Shown here: piece by piece, positions 60,216 through 64,000 of the stretch
Layout of the letters: the number at the start of each line of letters is the position of its first letter
Numbering within the stretch: the first letter of the stretch is position 1
NCBI GenBank assembly: GCA_044221725.1
Contig: JBGAON010000001.1
Coordinates: 544,001-608,000 of the forward strand
DNA length: 64,000 nt
Direction of reading: 5' to 3'
Source of the DNA: Elusimicrobiota bacterium
Lineage (GTDB): Bacteria; Elusimicrobiota; Elusimicrobia; F11
The notes under the pieces: model-generated
Seen by the model: the letters and a program-made list of their open reading frames with translations, nothing else
What the model was told of the DNA's origin: nothing
Database searches by the model: none
Translations under genes and position numbers: made by a program

Positions 60216-61369
60216 AGATCGGTGTTTCCGGAATCGGTCTCGTCACGCCTCTCGGTTCGTCGCGCGAAAAAACGTGGCGCGCGCTCATCGACGGAAAAAG
60301 TGCCATTCAAAAAACGGCCGATGGCTACGAAGCCCGTATCTACGATTTCTCACCCAACGGTGCTCGCTCGCGCATGGGAGATTTTGCCATCCTCGCGGCC
60401 GCCGAAGCGCTCCGTCACGCGGGCATAGACCCAGAAGATATTCGCGGCTCGAACATCGGTTGCGCGGTGAGCCAGAGCAAACCGATCATCCATATTCCTG
60501 CATTTGAAAAAACGGTTCCCCTCCCCGTAAGGGGAACTGTCGGTTTGGACGCTTCACTCGTTCTTTCGTCCTTTTTCGGTTGGTCCTCGGAATCTGTTGT
60601 CGCGCGGGAGTTTGGTCTTGAAGGGCCGTCATCGAACGTGATTGCGGCGTGTGCGACCGGTGTTGCATCGATTCAATTGGGTGTTAATTGGATAACGAGC
60701 GGACAATGCGACATTGCGCTCGTTGGGGCGGCCGAATCAAGTTTGAATTCGTTTTATCGCGCGGGTTTCCGTCAGATGGGTGTGCTGACGGATAAATTGC
60801 CGAAGCCGTTTGACCGAGACCGCAGTGGATTCGTCATGGGCGAGGGCGCGGCCGTGCTCGTGCTTGAGAGCGAAGCGTCGCTTAAAAAACGCGCTCATAC
60901 TCCGGTCGCCTATGTTTTGAACACGGTGCTGCGGCAGTCGACGGCGGACATCTTGCGTTTTGATCCGAGCGGCGATTCGGTGGCCGAACTCATCAGACAG
61001 TGCGTGAGAAGATCTGAAATTCCTGATTACATTAACGCGCATGGAACTGGCACCGTGTTTAACGATCTCGTTGAGACGCGCGGCATAAAGAAAGCGTTTG
61101 GTGCGGGCGCGACGAACATCGCCGTCAGTTCGACAAAAGCCGCAACGGGACATTTGTTGGGCGCGGCCGGCGCGGCCGAAGCGGCGATTGCGGTGCTCGC
61201 CGTTCGTGACCACGTGGTGCCGCCAACGCTCAATTGGACGAACGCTGATCCGGAATGCGACTTGCACTACGTCCCTCAGCATTCGAAAAAACAGAAAGTG
61301 GCGGCCGCCATGTCCTTGTCCTATGGATTCGGGGGGCAAATGGGCGCCGTTCTTTTCGAGAACGTATGA
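60212..61369 (+). CDS. FabF-like beta-ketoacyl-ACP synthase
   Basis: ACATG (Cys), PFDRDRSGFVMGEGA, YINAHGTGT (His), KAATGHLLGAAG (His), SYGFGG. Confidence 0.88.
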   Translation: MKIGVSGIGLVTPLGSSREKTWRALIDGKSAIQKTADGYEARIYDFSPNGARSRMGDFAILAAAEALRHAGIDPEDIRGSNIGCAVSQSKPIIHIPAFEKTVPLPVRGTVGLDASLVLSSFFGWSSESVVAREFGLEGPSSNVIAACATGVASIQLGVNWITSGQCDIALVGAAESSLNSFYRAGFRQMGVLTDKLPKPFDRDRSGFVMGEGAAVLVLESEASLKKRAHTPVAYVLNTVLRQSTADILRFDPSGDSVAELIRQCVRRSEIPDYINAHGTGTVFNDLVETRGIKKAFGAGATNIAVSSTKAATGHLLGAAGAAEAAIAVLAVRDHVVPPTLNWTNADPECDLHYVPQHSKKQKVAAAMSLSYGFGGQMGAVLFENV

Positions 61370-62505
61370 TCAACGATGAGCTTGAAAGTGAATTGAATGA
61401 ATTTCGGGCGAAAGGTCTCGCGCGTCGGTTGCGCGTGCGCGACACATCGTCACTCATCAATTTCTCATCCAACGATTATCTCGGATTGGCGAGCGATGCA
61501 CGGGTGACCGAGGCCGCCGCGCAGGCGCTTTCAAAATTTGGCGTTGGCGGCACGGCCTCGCGTCTCATCGCTGGCACCGTTTCTGTCCACGACGAGTTCG
61601 AGAAAGCCATCGCAAGATTTTTAGCGAAACAAGCAGCGCTTTTGTTTCCGTCGGGTTATCACGTCAACACGGGCGTGATCCCGGCTCTCGTGTCAGTCAA
61701 AGATGTTGTGTTCTTCGATCGACTTTCGCACGCGTCAATTATTGATGGCGTCCGACTTTCCGGAGCTCATTTCTTCGCGTTCGATCACAACAATACCGCG
61801 GACCTTGAAGCACGATTGAAGAAGCAACGCGCAAAAGGCCGACGGGCGCTTATTGTTACCGAAGGAATCTTCTCGATGGATGGCGACGAATCTCCGATAC
61901 ATCAAATCGTTGATCTCGCACACCGGTTCGATACGTGGACATATCTGGATGAGGCGCATTCGATCGGAGTGGTGGGCCCGTCGGGCTGCGGACTCGCCGC
62001 GAACCAGCACGTGCTTGATTCGATTGATGTGCACGTCGGAACGTTGTCAAAAACATTGGGCTCCCAAGGTGGATTTGTCGCGGGCTCGCAAACTCTGATC
62101 GACTTTTTGGTCACGCGCTGCCGTTCGTTCGCGTACACAACGGCGCTTGCCCCCGCCATGGCCGCAGCGGGACTGGCCGCGCTGGAACGATTGCCGAGTC
62201 TCGATGACGAACGCCGCGAGCTTCTTTCTCATTCCGAAAGAATTCGACGTGAATTGTCTGCGGCCGGGTTTGTCTGCGGAAACAGCCGCTCGCAAATTAT
62301 TCCTGTGCTGACGCGTTCGCTCGAAGCGACGACAGCGCTTTCGGAATATTTATTGTCGAAAGGTTTTTTTGTACCGTCCATTCGTCCTCCCACCGTTCCG
62401 GTGGGGGAAGCTCGGGTTCGGCTTTCGATTTCGTTGCCCGTGCTCAAGCACACAGACGCTTTGATCAAGGCCTTCAAAGGAGGACCTGTTGTCGCACGAA
62501 GTTAA
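61366..62505 (+). CDS. bioF: 8-amino-7-oxononanoate synthase
   Basis: FSSNDYLGL, SRLIAG, HASIIDG, EGIFSMDGD, DEAHSIG, GTLSK, IRPPTVP. Confidence 0.95.
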   Translation: MINDELESELNEFRAKGLARRLRVRDTSSLINFSSNDYLGLASDARVTEAAAQALSKFGVGGTASRLIAGTVSVHDEFEKAIARFLAKQAALLFPSGYHVNTGVIPALVSVKDVVFFDRLSHASIIDGVRLSGAHFFAFDHNNTADLEARLKKQRAKGRRALIVTEGIFSMDGDESPIHQIVDLAHRFDTWTYLDEAHSIGVVGPSGCGLAANQHVLDSIDVHVGTLSKTLGSQGGFVAGSQTLIDFLVTRCRSFAYTTALAPAMAAAGLAALERLPSLDDERRELLSHSERIRRELSAAGFVCGNSRSQIIPVLTRSLEATTALSEYLLSKGFFVPSIRPPTVPVGEARVRLSISLPVLKHTDALIKAFKGGPVVARS

Positions 62506-63211
62506 CGGCGTGTTCGTTACTGGCACGGACACCGATTGCGGAAAAACCATCATTGCCGGCGGAATTGCGCGCGCGCTTTTGCACAAAGGGTACAACGTCG
62601 GTGTGATGAAGCCGGTGGCGACCTGGGGCGACCCGCGACGCGAGCCGGGCGGGCGTCAACGCTGGATATCCGACGACGCTCTTCACTTGCGCCAAGCGGC
62701 GGCCACAAGCGATTCGCTCGACCTCATTAATCCCATTTGTTTCAAAGCGGCTATGGCACCGTGGCCCGCTGCACGCCTCGAGAAGAAAGTCATCGATCTT
62801 AATCGCGTGACGAATGCCTATAAAGAGTTGTGCCGACGGCACACGTTTCTCGTCGTCGAAGGGGTGGGCGGCCTCATGGTTCCGCTGAAACGCGATTTTT
62901 TTGTTCTCGACTTAATCCAGCGCATGAAGCTTGCGGCGGTCGTCGTTGCGAACCCGGATCTTGGAACGTTGAATCACACATTGCTCACGGTAAACGCGCT
63001 TAAGCGCGCCGGTATCCCATTGTCGGGCGTTATCATTAATAACTATCAAGGAAAAACGCGCGCCGAACAAACGAATCCGCATGTGCTGCGAAAAATTTTG
63101 GATCGCAAGGTCATGGTGGTGCCTCACAACCCAAGTTTTACGAAAGAGTTTGATTCGCTCGCACGTCTGTTGGCGAAACAAGGATTGTTCAACTGGCCGC
63201 ACCTGCCGTAA
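62489..63211 (+). CDS. bioD: Dethiobiotin synthase
   Basis: FVTGTDTDCGKT, MKPV, VEGVGGLMVP, LGTLNHTLL. Confidence 0.95.
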   Translation: MSHEVNGVFVTGTDTDCGKTIIAGGIARALLHKGYNVGVMKPVATWGDPRREPGGRQRWISDDALHLRQAAATSDSLDLINPICFKAAMAPWPAARLEKKVIDLNRVTNAYKELCRRHTFLVVEGVGGLMVPLKRDFFVLDLIQRMKLAAVVVANPDLGTLNHTLLTVNALKRAGIPLSGVIINNYQGKTRAEQTNPHVLRKILDRKVMVVPHNPSFTKEFDSLARLLAKQGLFNWPHLP

Positions 63212-63891
63212 TGCTCACGCGCTTTCTTTCGCCGCGCCGCTCCCTCGTTTCGGTCGCCTCAGTTTTCTTTTTTGGGCCGTTGCTGCTCGCCGCACCCAAG
63301 CAAGTTTCCTTTAAGACGCCCGATGGCACGTCGCTCGTGGCAATTTATTCCGCGCCGTCCGCGGGGAAGGGCACAATAGTTCTTCTGCACGGTCTTGCTT
63401 CGGGAAAAGGAGAATGGACTCCGCTAATCGATGTGCTAGCCAAAAACGGTTTTGGCGCGCTGGCATACGATATGCGGGCGCCCGGAACGCCCTGGCAGAA
63501 GTTGGTGGACGATGTCGGTGCGGCCGTGCGGTATCTTGAAGAGAAACAACATCTGAAGCGGCAGGACATTTTTGTTGGAGGAGCGAGTCTCGGCGCTAAC
63601 GTAAGTTTGCGGTATGCCACACTCACCGGCGTGGGGAAAGCCGTTTTGTTGTTATCGCCGGGTATAAATTATCAAGGCCTCACCACCGAAGACGCCGTTG
63701 TGCGCGCGACGCAGCCCGTGCTCATCGTGGCGAGCGAAAGCGACACGTATGCATATACGAGTTCCGTCCGTTTGGCATCGCTTTCACCGAAAGTTGTTTA
63801 TTGGACGAGCAGAAAGGCCGGGCATGGTGTGCAAATGTTCGATGACGATTTGCTGGCCCGAATCACTCAGTGGCTTACCGCGCAAAAGTAA
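63211..63891 (+). CDS. Alpha/beta hydrolase
   Basis: LLHG, GASLG nucleophile elbow, SESD, GHG. Confidence 0.85.
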   Translation: MLTRFLSPRRSLVSVASVFFFGPLLLAAPKQVSFKTPDGTSLVAIYSAPSAGKGTIVLLHGLASGKGEWTPLIDVLAKNGFGALAYDMRAPGTPWQKLVDDVGAAVRYLEEKQHLKRQDIFVGGASLGANVSLRYATLTGVGKAVLLLSPGINYQGLTTEDAVVRATQPVLIVASESDTYAYTSSVRLASLSPKVVYWTSRKAGHGVQMFDDDLLARITQWLTAQK

Positions 63892-64000
63892 ACCGGCAAT
63901 TCCAACGCTGGGACAAAAGATACCTGTGGCACCCATTCACGCAGCAATACGAATGGGAGAAAGATAATCCGATCGTCGTTGCGTCCGGGAGCGGCTCTTA
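63870..64000 (+). CDS. bioA: Adenosylmethionine--8-amino-7-oxononanoate aminotransferase, 5' end (runs off the right edge; not in the ORF track)
   Basis: Manual translation from GTG 63870: ...WDKRYLWHPFTQQYEWEKDNPIVVASGSGS, the typical BioA N-terminus, in a bio operon. Confidence 0.8.
   Translation, partial: MAYRAKVNRQFQRWDKRYLWHPFTQQYEWEKDNPIVVASGSGS

Overview
Bacterial chromosome segment from a diderm organism. PorV-like barrels, two pilT paralogues and a left-edge large-protein N-terminus suggest Elusimicrobiota, but this is inference only. Housekeeping blocks: malK-yggU-ileS-lspA-lgt-rluD-gmk-lacI-GH, desaturase-mrp, amino-acid ABC-thyA-folA, acnA-proA-nadD-yqeK-LCP-pilT-rsfS-argS, and a bioB-fabG-fabF-bioF-bioD-hydrolase-bioA operon. 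These flank an accessory surface-protein region at about 19.6-47.4 kb. Main points: (1) three cases of a large secreted adhesin-like protein with a T9SS-CTD/FlgD-like tail directly followed by its own PorV-like barrel fused to a peptidoglycan-binding domain (OmpA or LysM); (2) a DUF559 nuclease gene bracketed by 45-bp inverted repeats, with a doublet of the same palindrome family translated in-frame inside neighbouring acnA; (3) an exact 245-bp direct repeat duplicating tRNA-Leu(TAA), truncating an NHL-repeat gene and separating two paralogous adhesin cassettes (real duplication or assembly artefact); (4) a T9 tract that puts the ATG of the first adhesin out of frame; (5) a biotin operon with its own FabF/FabG and an alpha/beta hydrolase; (6) a probable CTG start for ileS. 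No CRISPR array, rRNA, integrase or transposase was seen. All family calls come from motif recognition by eye, not database searches.
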